From an uncultured delta proteobacterium (GTDB lineage: Bacteria > Desulfobacterota > Desulfobacteria > Desulfobacterales > Desulfatirhabdiaceae): a stretch of 64,000 bases of DNA. The notes beneath the pieces are model-generated. The model made no database searches, was not told the origin of the DNA, and was given only the letters and a program-made list of their open reading frames with translations. Position numbers and translations under genes: made by a program. This document shows positions 48,917 through 60,478 of the stretch, one piece after another. Position 1 is the first letter of the stretch. Every line of letters begins with the position of its first letter. The stretch lies in the NCBI GenBank assembly GCA_963789395.1, contig CAWBKP010000010.1:96001-160000 (forward strand), written 5' to 3'.

Positions 48917-50001
48917 TGTTCGTCAAGATTCCGGAATACATTCAGTCTATCGAGCCCTATAAGCCCGGAAAGCCCATTGACGAGCTGGCAAGGGAATACG
49001 GCATTCAGCACGCCATTAAGCTGGCTTCAAATGAAAACCCTCTGGGCCCTTCCCCCAAAGCGGTTGAGGCGATCACCCTTGCCCTGTCCAACCTTCACCG
49101 GTATCCGGACGGCAGGGGGTATGACCTGACGGTCAAGCTGTCCGGACTGCTGGGGTTTTCCCCGGATCATTTTGTTCTGGGCAACGGCTCGGACGATCTG
49201 ATCGCTATGCTGACCCGCGCCCTGCTCCAACCCGGCGATGAAGCCATCATCCCCGCGCCGTCGTTTTTAATGTATGACATCGATGTACGAAGTGCCGGCG
49301 CCATTCCCGTTCATGTCCCCCTGAGGTCTCTTGCGATCTGCGCCACAGATCTTCTGGAAAAGGTGACTTCCCGGACCCGGATGGTTTTTATCTGCAATCC
49401 CAACAACCCGACCGGCACGGTAATGTCCCGCAATGACTTCAAAAGATTTTTAAAGGCGATTCCACCGGGTATTGTTGTGGTTGTGGATGAAGCCTACATG
49501 GAGTTTGTAAGAGATCCGGAATGCGTCAACAGCATGGAATTCATTCAGGGAGACCGGCCGGTTGTAGCCTTGAGAACTTTTTCCAAAGCGTACGGCCTGG
49601 CGGGACTCAGAATCGGATATGGCGTCATGGCGCCCGAACTTGCCGGAATTCTCCACCGGATCCGTCAACCCTTCAATGCCAGCCTGCTGGCTCAGGCAGG
49701 CGCAGCCGCCGCCCTGGGAGATGTGTCGTTTTTGAAAAAAACCGTTCAAACCGTACATGAAGGCCTCGATTATCTGTATGCTGAGCTGGACAGGATCGGC
49801 ATCCGGTATTTTCCCACTCAGTCCAATTTTTTGCTGATCGATGCCGGTCAGAACGCTGACCGGGTCTTTGAAAACATGCTGAAGAAAGGCGTGATTGTCC
49901 GCTCCATGTCTTCCTACGGCTATCCGGAATATATCCGGATTAATACCGGCCTTCCTGAAGAAAACAGGCGGCTGGTTCAGGCATTGGAGCAGGTGCTGTA
50001 A
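48913..50001 (+). CDS. hisC: Histidinol-phosphate aminotransferase
   Basis: KLASNENP, CNPNNPTG, DEAY, RTFSKAYGLAGLRIGY. Confidence 0.95.
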   Translation: MMFVKIPEYIQSIEPYKPGKPIDELAREYGIQHAIKLASNENPLGPSPKAVEAITLALSNLHRYPDGRGYDLTVKLSGLLGFSPDHFVLGNGSDDLIAMLTRALLQPGDEAIIPAPSFLMYDIDVRSAGAIPVHVPLRSLAICATDLLEKVTSRTRMVFICNPNNPTGTVMSRNDFKRFLKAIPPGIVVVVDEAYMEFVRDPECVNSMEFIQGDRPVVALRTFSKAYGLAGLRIGYGVMAPELAGILHRIRQPFNASLLAQAGAAAALGDVSFLKKTVQTVHEGLDYLYAELDRIGIRYFPTQSNFLLIDAGQNADRVFENMLKKGVIVRSMSSYGYPEYIRINTGLPEENRRLVQALEQVL

Positions 50002-50760
50002 TTGGACGCAGCTTTTATTGATGACGCTTTTCCCGTGACAGATCCCCTGCTGATTACCATTGACGGGCCTGCGGGTGCCGGGAAAACAACTGTCAGCCGG
50101 CTTCTTGCCGAACAGCTTCAATACCGGTATCTGGATACCGGCGCGCTGTATCGCTCGGTTGCTTACGGCATCCTAAAAAATGCCGTCGATTATGAAAATG
50201 AAGCCGCCTTGAGAGCGCACCTGAAGGAATTCAAACTTACCCCGCGTGCGGAAAACAACGGTTTTCGCCTGCTCTGGAATGATATGGATATTACAGAGCA
50301 AATTAGAACTCCTGAAATCTCCATGCTGGCCTCCATCGTTTCCGCAAAGCCTGCCGTGCGAAGCTTTCTTCTGGATATGCAGCGGGAAATGGGAAAAGAC
50401 AAAGCCCTGGTGTGCGAAGGCCGCGACATGGGAACGGTAATATTTCCGGAAGCGGATATCAAATTTTTCCTGGATGCCGCTCCGGATGTAAGAGCCTATC
50501 GGCGCTACAAGGAAATGCCGCCCAAGACATCCGTCACTCTGAATGACATTGCCAGAGATATGCTTCAAAGGGATCAGAATGACACCCGGCGGGCGATTGC
50601 CCCGCTCAGGCCTGCGGACGACGCCATCCGAATTGACTGCACTGAAATCGATCCGTCAGCTGTGGTCAGGCAGATGATAGCCTGTATTGCCGGAATGCTT
50701 GAAGCAAAGTGCCGGAAGCAAGAAAGTAATGAATCTTTCTTCAATGGTACACCGGAATAA
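50002..50760 (+). CDS. cmk: Cytidylate kinase
   Basis: ITIDGPAGAGKTT, DTGALYR, EGRDMGTVIFP. The real start may be slightly downstream. Confidence 0.95.
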   Translation: MDAAFIDDAFPVTDPLLITIDGPAGAGKTTVSRLLAEQLQYRYLDTGALYRSVAYGILKNAVDYENEAALRAHLKEFKLTPRAENNGFRLLWNDMDITEQIRTPEISMLASIVSAKPAVRSFLLDMQREMGKDKALVCEGRDMGTVIFPEADIKFFLDAAPDVRAYRRYKEMPPKTSVTLNDIARDMLQRDQNDTRRAIAPLRPADDAIRIDCTEIDPSAVVRQMIACIAGMLEAKCRKQESNESFFNGTPE

Positions 50761-50981
50761 CGACGCATTCCTGAAACCCCTGACGACAGCGACAGATAAA
50801 GATAGTCTCCCGCAATAACACGTGCGATACCGGTCAGGCTCAATCCCCTTTCTTACAGACCTGCTCAGGAAAATTTATTTATTGTTTTATTAAAGATTGT
50901 CTGATATATAAGTTTGGATATACTGGCAACAGTATATGGTTTTAGCAGGTAAAATAAGGCTAAGGGGGATAGTATACTTTC

Positions 50982-52769
50982 ATGGAAAACGAAACAGATA
51001 ACAATTCAGAACCAACAATTCAAACTCCGGCAGTTGTTCCAATGAACCAGGTGGACGCGTTTGATGATGCCCAGGAGGCATCTGAAGGCATGGAAAACCT
51101 GATGGAAATGTACGAGGAGAGCTTCAAACGCTTTGCCGAAGGCGAAGTGGTTACCGGTCGCATCATTTCTGTAGACAAAGACCATGTACTGGTGGATATC
51201 GGATACAAATCCGAAGGCCAGATCCGGATTCACGAATTCCGGGATGAGAATGGGGATATCGTCGTCAAGACCGGTGACTCGGTTGAAGTCATGGTGGAAT
51301 GGTGGGACGATGAAAACGAAGTCGTCATTCTTTCCAAGGAAAAAGCCGCCAAGGTCAAAGTCTGGGACGATATTAAAAAGGCCCATGACAATGACGAGGT
51401 GATACAGGGTATTATTCTGGCACGCGTTAAAGGCGGTTTTTCCGTGGATGTCGGTGTCCAGGCATTTTTGCCCGGATCTCAGGCGGATCTGCGCCCGATT
51501 CGCAATCTGGATGAAATGGTTGGCAAGACTTTCAATTTCAAAGTTTTGAAATACAACAGAAAACGCAGCAATATTGTGCTATCCAGACGCGCCCTGCTCG
51601 AACAGGAAAGGGAAACCAAGCGCACCGCTACATTGACCACCATCCATGAAGGTAAAGTCCTGAGCGGCACCGTAAAAAATCTTACCGAATATGGGGTTTT
51701 TGTCGACTTGGGCGGCGTTGACGGCCTGCTACACATTACCGATATTTCGTGGGGCCGGGTCAAACATCCGTCCGAACTCTTTAAAGTCGGAGATGAAATT
51801 ACCGTCAAGGTACTGAATCTGGATGTCGAAAAAGAACGCGTCTCCCTGGGCATGAAACAATTGACACAGGATCCGTGGATTTCCGCTGTTGAAAAATATC
51901 CGGTCGGTGCCCGCATCTCCGGAAAAGTGGTCAGCCTTACCGATTATGGCGCATTCGTTGAGCTTGAAGAAGGCATTGAAGGCCTGATTCACGTTTCTGA
52001 AATGTCCTGGACACGGAAAGTGCGACATCCTTCCAAGATTGTCTCCATCGGCGACATGGTGGAAGCGGTTGTACTGGATATCAAGCCGGAGAATCGCCGG
52101 ATTTCGCTGGGAATGAAGCAGATCGCCCCCAACCCCTGGGATGTGATCAGTGAAAAATACCCGGTCGGCACCACCATCGAAGGCAAGATCAAGAACATCA
52201 CGGATTTTGGCATTTTCATTGGAATTGACGAAGGCATTGACGGTCTGGTTCATATTTCGGATATTTCCTGGACAAAACGCATCAAGCACCCCTCGGAAAT
52301 CTATAAAAAAGGGGATGTGATTCAAGCCATTGTTCTGGATATCGAAAAAGACAACGAACGATTTTCTCTGGGCATCAAGCAGCTTCAGCCGGACCCGTGG
52401 AAAACCGTGGCGCAGCGGTATGAAGTCGGCAAGATCATTACCGGCACCGTCACCAACCTGACCGATTTCGGCATTTTTGTCGAACTTGAGGAAGGCATTG
52501 AGGGACTGGTTCATGTTTCTGAAATCAGCAAGGAAAAAATCAAGACCCCTGTCGGCAAATTCAATATCAACGACGTCATTACGGCGCGGGTGATGAACAT
52601 CAACAGCGATGAAAGACGAATCGGACTTTCCATCAAACGTCTGGAAGTTGAAGATGAACAGGCGCTCCTGTCCGAATATGTCAACAGCATGAAACCCGGG
52701 CCCTCTACTTTCGGGGAGCTTCTCAAGGAAAATCTCCAGGAAAAGCTGGGCAACGACTCCAACCAGTAA
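50982..52769 (+). CDS. rpsA: 30S ribosomal protein S1
   Basis: Six S1 repeats (YGAFVELEEGIEGLIHVSE type); follows cmk. Confidence 0.98.
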   Translation: MENETDNNSEPTIQTPAVVPMNQVDAFDDAQEASEGMENLMEMYEESFKRFAEGEVVTGRIISVDKDHVLVDIGYKSEGQIRIHEFRDENGDIVVKTGDSVEVMVEWWDDENEVVILSKEKAAKVKVWDDIKKAHDNDEVIQGIILARVKGGFSVDVGVQAFLPGSQADLRPIRNLDEMVGKTFNFKVLKYNRKRSNIVLSRRALLEQERETKRTATLTTIHEGKVLSGTVKNLTEYGVFVDLGGVDGLLHITDISWGRVKHPSELFKVGDEITVKVLNLDVEKERVSLGMKQLTQDPWISAVEKYPVGARISGKVVSLTDYGAFVELEEGIEGLIHVSEMSWTRKVRHPSKIVSIGDMVEAVVLDIKPENRRISLGMKQIAPNPWDVISEKYPVGTTIEGKIKNITDFGIFIGIDEGIDGLVHISDISWTKRIKHPSEIYKKGDVIQAIVLDIEKDNERFSLGIKQLQPDPWKTVAQRYEVGKIITGTVTNLTDFGIFVELEEGIEGLVHVSEISKEKIKTPVGKFNINDVITARVMNINSDERRIGLSIKRLEVEDEQALLSEYVNSMKPGPSTFGELLKENLQEKLGNDSNQ

Positions 52770-52981
52770 GGTTTTTGTTATAAAATCGAGCAAACGTTTT
52801 TCCTTTCCCTTTGAAAAAAAGGGAAGGAAAAACGCTTGCATATTCACCCGTTCACAATTGTTTTTCGAGGGCGCGGAGAAACCTTCTTCAGGCCCTGGCG
52901 ATTCTGCCAAATTTCAGTCCTGCCGTTTTGTAGAATTTCGCCCCCGAATTGAGTCCTTCACCTTTTTATTGGAATCATATC

Positions 52982-53878
52982 ATGTTCTCCAGAAGACATC
53001 CCTACCTGCATTTTCTGCTCATTTTTTCCGCCATCGTCTCGGTTTCGGCCATTGCGATCTCGCTGTTTATTATGATGGGAATTAAATACTCAGCCCAGGA
53101 CATCGATACGTCAGATGCAGAAGAAAAAGTCGGGGTCATCGAAGTCAAAGGCCTTATTTCCGATCCCCAGGAAATCGTTCAGGACATCCGCCGGTATCGC
53201 GAAGACAGCTCCATTAAGGCCATCGTTCTTCGGATAGACTCTCCCGGAGGAGGCGTCGGCCCTTCACAGGAAATAACCAGAGAAATTCAGCGAACGCTTC
53301 AGGAGAAGAAAATTGTCGCGTCTCTAGGCGCCGTGGCTGCTTCCGGCGGATATTATATTGCATCCGCAGCCACTGGCATTGTCGCCAATCCGGGGACGAT
53401 AACCGGCAGCATCGGTGTAATAATGGGATATGCGGACATTCAGGAGCTTCTCCAGAAAATCGGCATCACGCCGATTGTTATCAAAAGCGGACAGTACAAG
53501 GATACCGGCTCTCCTGTCCGTCCCATTACAGATGCTGAAAAAGCCATTCTTCAGAGCTTTTCGGATCAGGTTCATCGTCAGTTTATTACAGCAGTTGCAG
53601 AAGGAAGGCATCTTGAATACGAGAAGGTGGCATCCGTAGCCGACGGCCGGATATTGTCCGGTGAAAGTGCGCTTGCAGTGGGACTGGTGGACCGGCTTGG
53701 GAATCTGGAAGACGCCATTGCGTGGGCAGGCCAATTAGGGGGAATCACCGGCAAGATTTCCGCAGTTTATGCAAGTGAAAGAAAACATACATTTTTCAGG
53801 CGGCTGGTTGAATCATCGCTTCATGAAATCGTAAGCCAACTGTCTGTTTATCATCTATTTGCCGGGTATGTACTCTGA
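52982..53878 (+). CDS. sppA: Signal peptide peptidase SppA (short form)
   Basis: RIDSPGG, AASGGYY, TGSIGV, KSGQYKD. Confidence 0.95.
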   Translation: MFSRRHPYLHFLLIFSAIVSVSAIAISLFIMMGIKYSAQDIDTSDAEEKVGVIEVKGLISDPQEIVQDIRRYREDSSIKAIVLRIDSPGGGVGPSQEITREIQRTLQEKKIVASLGAVAASGGYYIASAATGIVANPGTITGSIGVIMGYADIQELLQKIGITPIVIKSGQYKDTGSPVRPITDAEKAILQSFSDQVHRQFITAVAEGRHLEYEKVASVADGRILSGESALAVGLVDRLGNLEDAIAWAGQLGGITGKISAVYASERKHTFFRRLVESSLHEIVSQLSVYHLFAGYVL

Positions 53879-54005
53879 TCTTCCCCTTTGAGAAAAGATA
53901 AAGAGACTCTGGTGGCAGTTTTGTAGCCGGTGCACTGTCCCCTTCATTTTTTTCAGAGAGAAACAGTGCTCTTCTTGCCGGATTGCGGCTTTATGGGCAT
54001 GGCTG

Positions 54006-55235
54006 TCAGTTGAATATTCTTGAAAAGAATCCGCGCTTGGGCACATCTACCGGAGAAACCAGCTCAACCTTTCCCACCACTTCATTGTTAAAGCTGATCA
54101 CCATCTCTCCCATCCGCTGGCCCTGCTTGATCTCCCCCTTGACCTGTTCGGGGAGCTCCAGTTTCTTGGTAAGCAGCTTTTTCTTATCACGGGCAAGTGG
54201 ATAGGAAAAACCGGAGGCTGCCACCGGCTTTAGCGTTTTTTGCTTCCCGTCAGGCAGCGCAACTTCTTTATCAATAATGTCTCCCTGCTTGATCACGGAT
54301 ACCATTTCGTATTGGCCGAAGGCTTTTTTCAGTTTCTCGTCAACAATGCCATCGCGGATTTTAGCCGCAGGACTGCCCATGACCACGGCGATCATACGCA
54401 GATCGTTTCGCTTGGCCGTCGCCACGATGCTGTAGCCGGCTTCGCGGTAAAATCCGGTCTTAAGCCCATCCATGCCGGAAAAACGATTCATCAGATTGTT
54501 GTGGTTCCGCATGATGAGGGTGCCGTCACGGAAAGGCTCGGTTTTCAGGGAAGTCCACGCCAATAATTGGGGATACTGAACCAGTTCCCTGGCCAGAATA
54601 GCCAGATCGGATGGTGAGGATACATCCGCTTCCTGGTCCTTGGAAGGCGGCAGGCCGTGCATGGAGTGAAACTGCGAATCAACCATATTCAGTTTCGCGG
54701 CCTTTTCATTCATCATATCCACAAACGCGTTTCGGCTGCCTCCAATAAACTCCGCCACGGCATAAGCCGCATCATTGGCCGAGGCAACCATGACAGCCCG
54801 CATCATCTCGTCAAGAGAAAAAACCTCGCCGGGCTTAAGGTATACCTGGCTGCCGCCCATGGCCGAAGCCTCCGGCGAAACAGTCACCTTATCGTCAAGC
54901 TTAACCTGCCCGCTTTTCAGTTTATCCAGAACCACGGAGGCAAGCATCAGCTTGGTGATACTTGCGGGCCGACATTTCTGGTGTACATTATCGCCTTCGA
55001 TCACCATACCGGTTTCAGCCTCGACGACGATAAATGCCTTGTAAGGCTCGATTTTCTCCGGCGGCGTTATTTGTTTGACGACCTGGGGCTTCACGGGTGG
55101 CTTTGCAGTGGGTTTTGCCGGCAAGGCCTGTTTAGCTGGGGAAGTCCTGGCCTCTTTTTTACGCGGTGCGTCTTTGGCCCAAACCGGGCAAGCCAGAAAC
55201 GATACAACGAGCAAAGCGGCAAACCAATTTTTCAT
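54006..55235 (-). CDS. D-alanyl-D-alanine carboxypeptidase (peptidase S11)
   Basis: PASITK (SxxK), SAN (SxN), KTG motifs; signal peptide; GGAGG RBS. Confidence 0.95.
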   Translation of the reverse strand: MKNWFAALLVVSFLACPVWAKDAPRKKEARTSPAKQALPAKPTAKPPVKPQVVKQITPPEKIEPYKAFIVVEAETGMVIEGDNVHQKCRPASITKLMLASVVLDKLKSGQVKLDDKVTVSPEASAMGGSQVYLKPGEVFSLDEMMRAVMVASANDAAYAVAEFIGGSRNAFVDMMNEKAAKLNMVDSQFHSMHGLPPSKDQEADVSSPSDLAILARELVQYPQLLAWTSLKTEPFRDGTLIMRNHNNLMNRFSGMDGLKTGFYREAGYSIVATAKRNDLRMIAVVMGSPAAKIRDGIVDEKLKKAFGQYEMVSVIKQGDIIDKEVALPDGKQKTLKPVAASGFSYPLARDKKKLLTKKLELPEQVKGEIKQGQRMGEMVISFNNEVVGKVELVSPVDVPKRGFFSRIFN

Positions 55236-55687
55236 GACAATGGCCTCCTGATTAATAATGATTCCAATCATAAGATATGTACATATTGAGAGTCAAGCAG
55301 ATTTCGACCACTAAATGTAGTAGTATGCCAATATCTTTGCTGACAAAAGTCAATTCCCGGTTCGGCTTCGTAGGCATCCTGAATAAAAGGCGTAGAAAGG
55401 ATCCCGTTCCAGGTGCAAAGCAATGCAGTACCATTCAACGCGCTGCGCGGAGATTCGGTAAAATTGAAAGGAGCCGGTACAGAGAAGATGGTGCATCTTT
55501 AAACGACAACCGATTCGACTGGATTGGTCAAATGCATGGCATGACTTGCGAAATCTGGGGGGGTATTGATGATCTGCAGGACTGCAATCCGCAGTTGGGG
55601 CTTAATAGAAAACAAGCTTGGGGCGGGGTACCCCAAATAACGGGAATAAGCTTGTTTGATAAAACTTTGCATGGGATGGAAGTCTTG

Positions 55688-55764
55688 TGGTCGGGACGAC
55701 TGGATTTGAACCAGCGACCCCAGCGTCCCGAACGCTGTGCTCTACCAGGCTGAGCCACGTCCCG
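55688..55764 (-). tRNA. tRNA-Pro(CGG)
   Basis: CGGGACGTGGCTCAGCCTGGTAGAGCACAGCGTT-CGG-GACGCTG...GTTCAAATC...CGTCCCGACCA; 77-nt cloverleaf with encoded CCA. Confidence 0.97.
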
Positions 55765-55909
55765 ACTCATCTGCCTTTTTTATGACAGCAGCGCCCAATT
55801 GTCAATCAAAAATACATGAAATCCGAACCATAAAACATTCTTCCCTTGAAAGAATCCATTCTTTCGCCCTCTCCCCTGTATAAAGAAGGAGCAGCGGTTC
55901 ACTTATCGA

Positions 55910-57259
<1,350 letters not shown>

Positions 57260-57300
57260 TTACGGGTTGGCAATCTCGAAAAACCAAGGAATGCACCAAA

Positions 57301-57798
57301 CTAAACGTTTTGATGAGATCTCCTGTCTCTGAAAAAGCGTTGGAGAATCTCTCTGCATTCGATTTCACAAACACCGGGAATGACATCCAGGCTGTGATTC
57401 AGGCGCTTGTCGGCCGAAAAATCATACAAAGTTCCGGCAGCGCCCCATTTGGGATCTCTGGCGCCGTAGACAAGCCGACTGACCCGTGCGTGAATGATTG
57501 CCCCCATACACATTATACAGGGTTCTACCGTAACATACAGCGTGGTGTTTAACAATCGGTAATTCTGAATCTTTTTGGCTGCATGGCGAAGCGCAAGTAT
57601 TTCAGCATGCGCCGTCGGGTCTGACAAAAAAATGGTCTGATTATGCGTTGACGCCAGCACGGATCCGGATTCCGAAATCAATACAGCGCCCACAGGCACT
57701 TCTTCTTCCTGAAAAGCCGCTGCTGCCTCGGAAATCGCCAGATTCATCAGAATGATGTCAGCATTTGTAGGATCAGTCACTTCTTTTTGAAATGGCAT
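57301..57798 (-). CDS. tadA: tRNA adenosine(34) deaminase
   Basis: EVPVGAV, DPTAHAE, EPCIMC, YGARDPK, LQRFF. Confidence 0.95.
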   Translation of the reverse strand: MPFQKEVTDPTNADIILMNLAISEAAAAFQEEEVPVGAVLISESGSVLASTHNQTIFLSDPTAHAEILALRHAAKKIQNYRLLNTTLYVTVEPCIMCMGAIIHARVSRLVYGARDPKWGAAGTLYDFSADKRLNHSLDVIPGVCEIECREILQRFFRDRRSHQNV

Positions 57799-57827
57799 CT
57801 TGGCATAAAACCCCGGTCAGGTTATCA

Positions 57828-57856
57828 TTGACATTATTGTCTGATTGGCCTATAAA
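57828..57856 (+). promoter_or_regulatory. Sigma70 promoter of tRNA-Arg
   Basis: TTGACA-N17-TATAAA ending 13 nt before the tRNA. Confidence 0.75.
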
Positions 57857-57869
57857 TATAAAATAATTT

Positions 57870-57946
57870 GCGCCCGTAGCTCAGCTGGATAGAGTACCGG
57901 ACTACGAATCCGTCGGTCGAACGTTCGAATCGTTTCGGGCGCGCCA
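57870..57946 (+). tRNA. tRNA-Arg(ACG)
   Basis: GCGCCCGTAGCTCAGCTGGATAGAGT..CT-ACG-AA..GTTCGAATC..CGGGCGCGCCA; 77 nt. Confidence 0.97.
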
Positions 57947-57954
57947 AAAATAAC

Positions 57955-57986
57955 AAGGGGTTAGATCCAATCGTAACCCCTTTTTT
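57955..57986 (+). terminator. Intrinsic terminator after tRNA-Arg
   Basis: AAGGGGTTA..TAACCCCTT followed by a T-tract. Confidence 0.75.
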
Positions 57987-58431
57987 CGTCAAATGGGTAC
58001 AAAATATGGGTAAAAACTTTTCTAAATATGTTAGCATAATAAGATTTTCAAGGTCAACGTTTACAATTTTAAAATAATCAAGCGGTTGCTATATCACCCC
58101 AAAATCACCCTACCATTTGTATAACATATCGTATTTATGGTATATACCGCCCCAACCCAATCAATTTCAGCATGATTTGTCATTTGACAATCATTTAACT
58201 CTCAAACTCCTACTTCCAAAGTTTTGTGGCGTTTTCCGACTTTTTTGCGGGATTTTTTAAATGGAGCGTCAGATAAAACAACAATTAATCCGGCACTCAT
58301 AGAAGTGCCAATAAAATATTCCAGCCTGTTATGAGATTTCCGGAGAAATCATCACGTCTTTCCTTTATATTCTTCTTCACGCAACGTTCATCCATGATTT
58401 CATAAAGTTATAAATGCCGTCCATTGTGGAA

Positions 58432-58637
58432 ATGGCAGGATCTCCGGATATTGTCAAGTCATTGTAATGCCCACTGATACTTTCAGGTATCGAATGCGAA
58501 AGGGATGGTATGCAGAACCGGGGAGAGTTGGGAATAGGAGGAGATTCACCGATGAGCAGATAAAGACTATCTTGAAGATCACAACCGATATCTCGAAAAG
58601 CATCAATTGTTTGACAGGCGTGGCAGTTTTATCATAG
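58432..58637 (+). pseudogene. MerR/excisionase-type winged-HTH mini-gene (frameshifted or degenerate)
   Basis: 58467..58637 reads MPTDTFRYRMRKGWYAEPGRVGNRRRFTDEQIKTILKIT..., resembling TLRYYE..G..P.R...R.Y....I. The upstream frame supplies a candidate first helix (DIVKSL). Confidence 0.5.
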
Positions 58638-58921
58638 TGTATTTTGGGGCTGTTCTTGAAATATTGATGCCGGGATCGTGGGTACTGGAGAGTGAATGAC
58701 ACCAGAAATAAGCACGAATAAAAATCCGGAAATAAAGACTCATGCTTATATGCAAAGAATGTGTGCCACGAGCACATTGTTTTATGATGTGCGCGTAGCT
58801 GCGTAAGAGATGAGGGGAGCAGAGACAATGATTTAATCATTTTTTACATTTTCCTGTGATTCCAAATACAACTTTAAACTTTGAGATTCATACCAAACCG
58901 AATAAATAAGGAAGAGACCAA

Positions 58922-59578
58922 ATGCTGAAACTTGGAGAAAAAGGAGCCATCCCTCAAAAAGATAGGTCCACCTATGCCATTGCCCCCCATATCCCATGCG
59001 GAGTGGTGACCCCGGATTTATTGAGAAAACTTGCTTACATCGCGGAGAAATATAAGGTCCAGGCAATGAAAATCACCGGTGCAACCAGAATCGCCCTCGT
59101 TGGCGTGAAGGAAGAAGATATAGATAACATATGGGATGAACTGGGGATGGAGAAGGGCGCGGCTGTGGGCCTTTGCGTGCGCAGCATCAGGTCATGTCCG
59201 GGAACCACCTTTTGTTCCATGGGTAAACAGGACGCTTTGGGCATGGGGATGAAACTGGATGTCCTTTATCATGCCACCCAATTACCGGGGAAATTCAAGA
59301 TGGCAGTTTCAGGTTGCAGAATTAACTGTGCCGAGTCTTCGGTGCGTGACTTTGGTCTGATAGGAGAAGCAGATGGCTGGAAGGTTGTCGTGGGTGGAAA
59401 TGTAGGCGTCAGCCCCAGAATAGCAGACGAGATTGACAAGGGCCTCGATGACGAACAGGCCTTGGATTGTGCCAAAAAAGTGATTGCCTATTACGCGGAG
59501 AATGCCACCAAAGGTGAACGGCTCGGGAAAATGATAGGCAGAGTTGGCCTCGATGCTTTGAAGGCTGCATTGAGATGA
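58922..59578 (+). CDS. Small siroheme/[4Fe-4S] nitrite/sulfite reductase-family protein
   Basis: 218 aa; YAIAPHIPCG, RSCPGTTFC, KMAVSGCRINCAES, ERLGK. Confidence 0.88.
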   Translation: MLKLGEKGAIPQKDRSTYAIAPHIPCGVVTPDLLRKLAYIAEKYKVQAMKITGATRIALVGVKEEDIDNIWDELGMEKGAAVGLCVRSIRSCPGTTFCSMGKQDALGMGMKLDVLYHATQLPGKFKMAVSGCRINCAESSVRDFGLIGEADGWKVVVGGNVGVSPRIADEIDKGLDDEQALDCAKKVIAYYAENATKGERLGKMIGRVGLDALKAALR

Positions 59579-59821
59579 TTAGAATGACTTAACGCATCAA
59601 AAGAATAAGTCTATTGCAAGGATGGGTGTCGTAAACCGGTTGCTTTGGTTCAGCTTCCGCACTCAGGCAAACAGAAATATGGGAGTTGTGGCTCGTAGTC
59701 GGACCATGCTAAACAGCGATGAGCCTATTTGTTTTTTTAATTCCTGGCAGTATTTCATGAAAGACAATTCACTTATTAATGGAGTAAATCGATAGAACTC
59801 AATCATTGTTAAGGAGAATTT

Positions 59822-60268
59822 ATGAAAAAAGTGCTGGTAGCCTATGTGAGTAGAACCGGGAAAACAGAGAAAATGGCGGAGTTTATTGCTGAAGGAATCC
59901 GCTTCAGCGGAAACGAGGCAATATTGAAAAAAGTTTCGGAAATCAAGAGTGCAAAAGATCTGGCAGGATATGACGGGTATGCGTTTGGATGTCCCACTTA
60001 TCATAAAGATATGACAGCGGGGATGAAAACCTTTTTGTTCCTGGCTGAAAAAGCCAACCTTCTTGGAAAGATGGGTGGCGCATTCGGCTCTCACACCCAC
60101 AGCGGAGAATCCGCACCCATGATCTTTGATACCATGCTTTACGTGTTCAAGATGGATATGGTGGATCTCGGACCTCTTAATCTCAGGGAGGCGATGGTAG
60201 GCTCTCAGGAGGGAAGTAAGGCCTGCCAGGATTACGGAAAAGCCCTGGGAGCCAAGCTCGTTCGGTAA
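59822..60268 (+). CDS. Flavodoxin-domain protein
   Basis: YVSRTGKTEKMA, GCPTY, AFGS; AAGGAG RBS. Confidence 0.9.
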   Translation: MKKVLVAYVSRTGKTEKMAEFIAEGIRFSGNEAILKKVSEIKSAKDLAGYDGYAFGCPTYHKDMTAGMKTFLFLAEKANLLGKMGGAFGSHTHSGESAPMIFDTMLYVFKMDMVDLGPLNLREAMVGSQEGSKACQDYGKALGAKLVR

Positions 60269-60478
60269 ACAACTATTGGGGGCGTCGAGCACGACGGCGC
60301 CTTTCATCCGCGTTTATCTATTCCGAGGTTCCAGGGTTTGCCGGGCTTTCAAGTTTTTTATCAGACATATCTGGGCGTGTTTTGGTCTTTTCAGAGTAGT
60401 ATCTGTTTTTCTCGTGTCCATTTTTCTTAACATGGCAGAACCGCTTGGAACTAAACAAATCACTTTGGAGGGAGAAAG

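Noticed and set aside
55277..55687. ORFs and an inverted repeat (AAACAAGCTT..AAGCTTGTTT) 3' of tRNA-Pro
   Set aside because: The ORFs overlap the tRNA and lack motifs; the repeat is probably a terminator-like hairpin, and no RNA family was recognised.
58855..58870. Possible CRP/HcpR site TGTGA-N6-ATACA before the siroheme reductase
   Set aside because: The right half-site is weak; not supportable without a motif scan.
59647..59726. Pistol-ribozyme-like or riboswitch-like fold (GTGG..CCAT-GCTAAAC)
   Set aside because: It lacks the rest of the pistol consensus, and the shared sequence is better explained as an ISL3 end.
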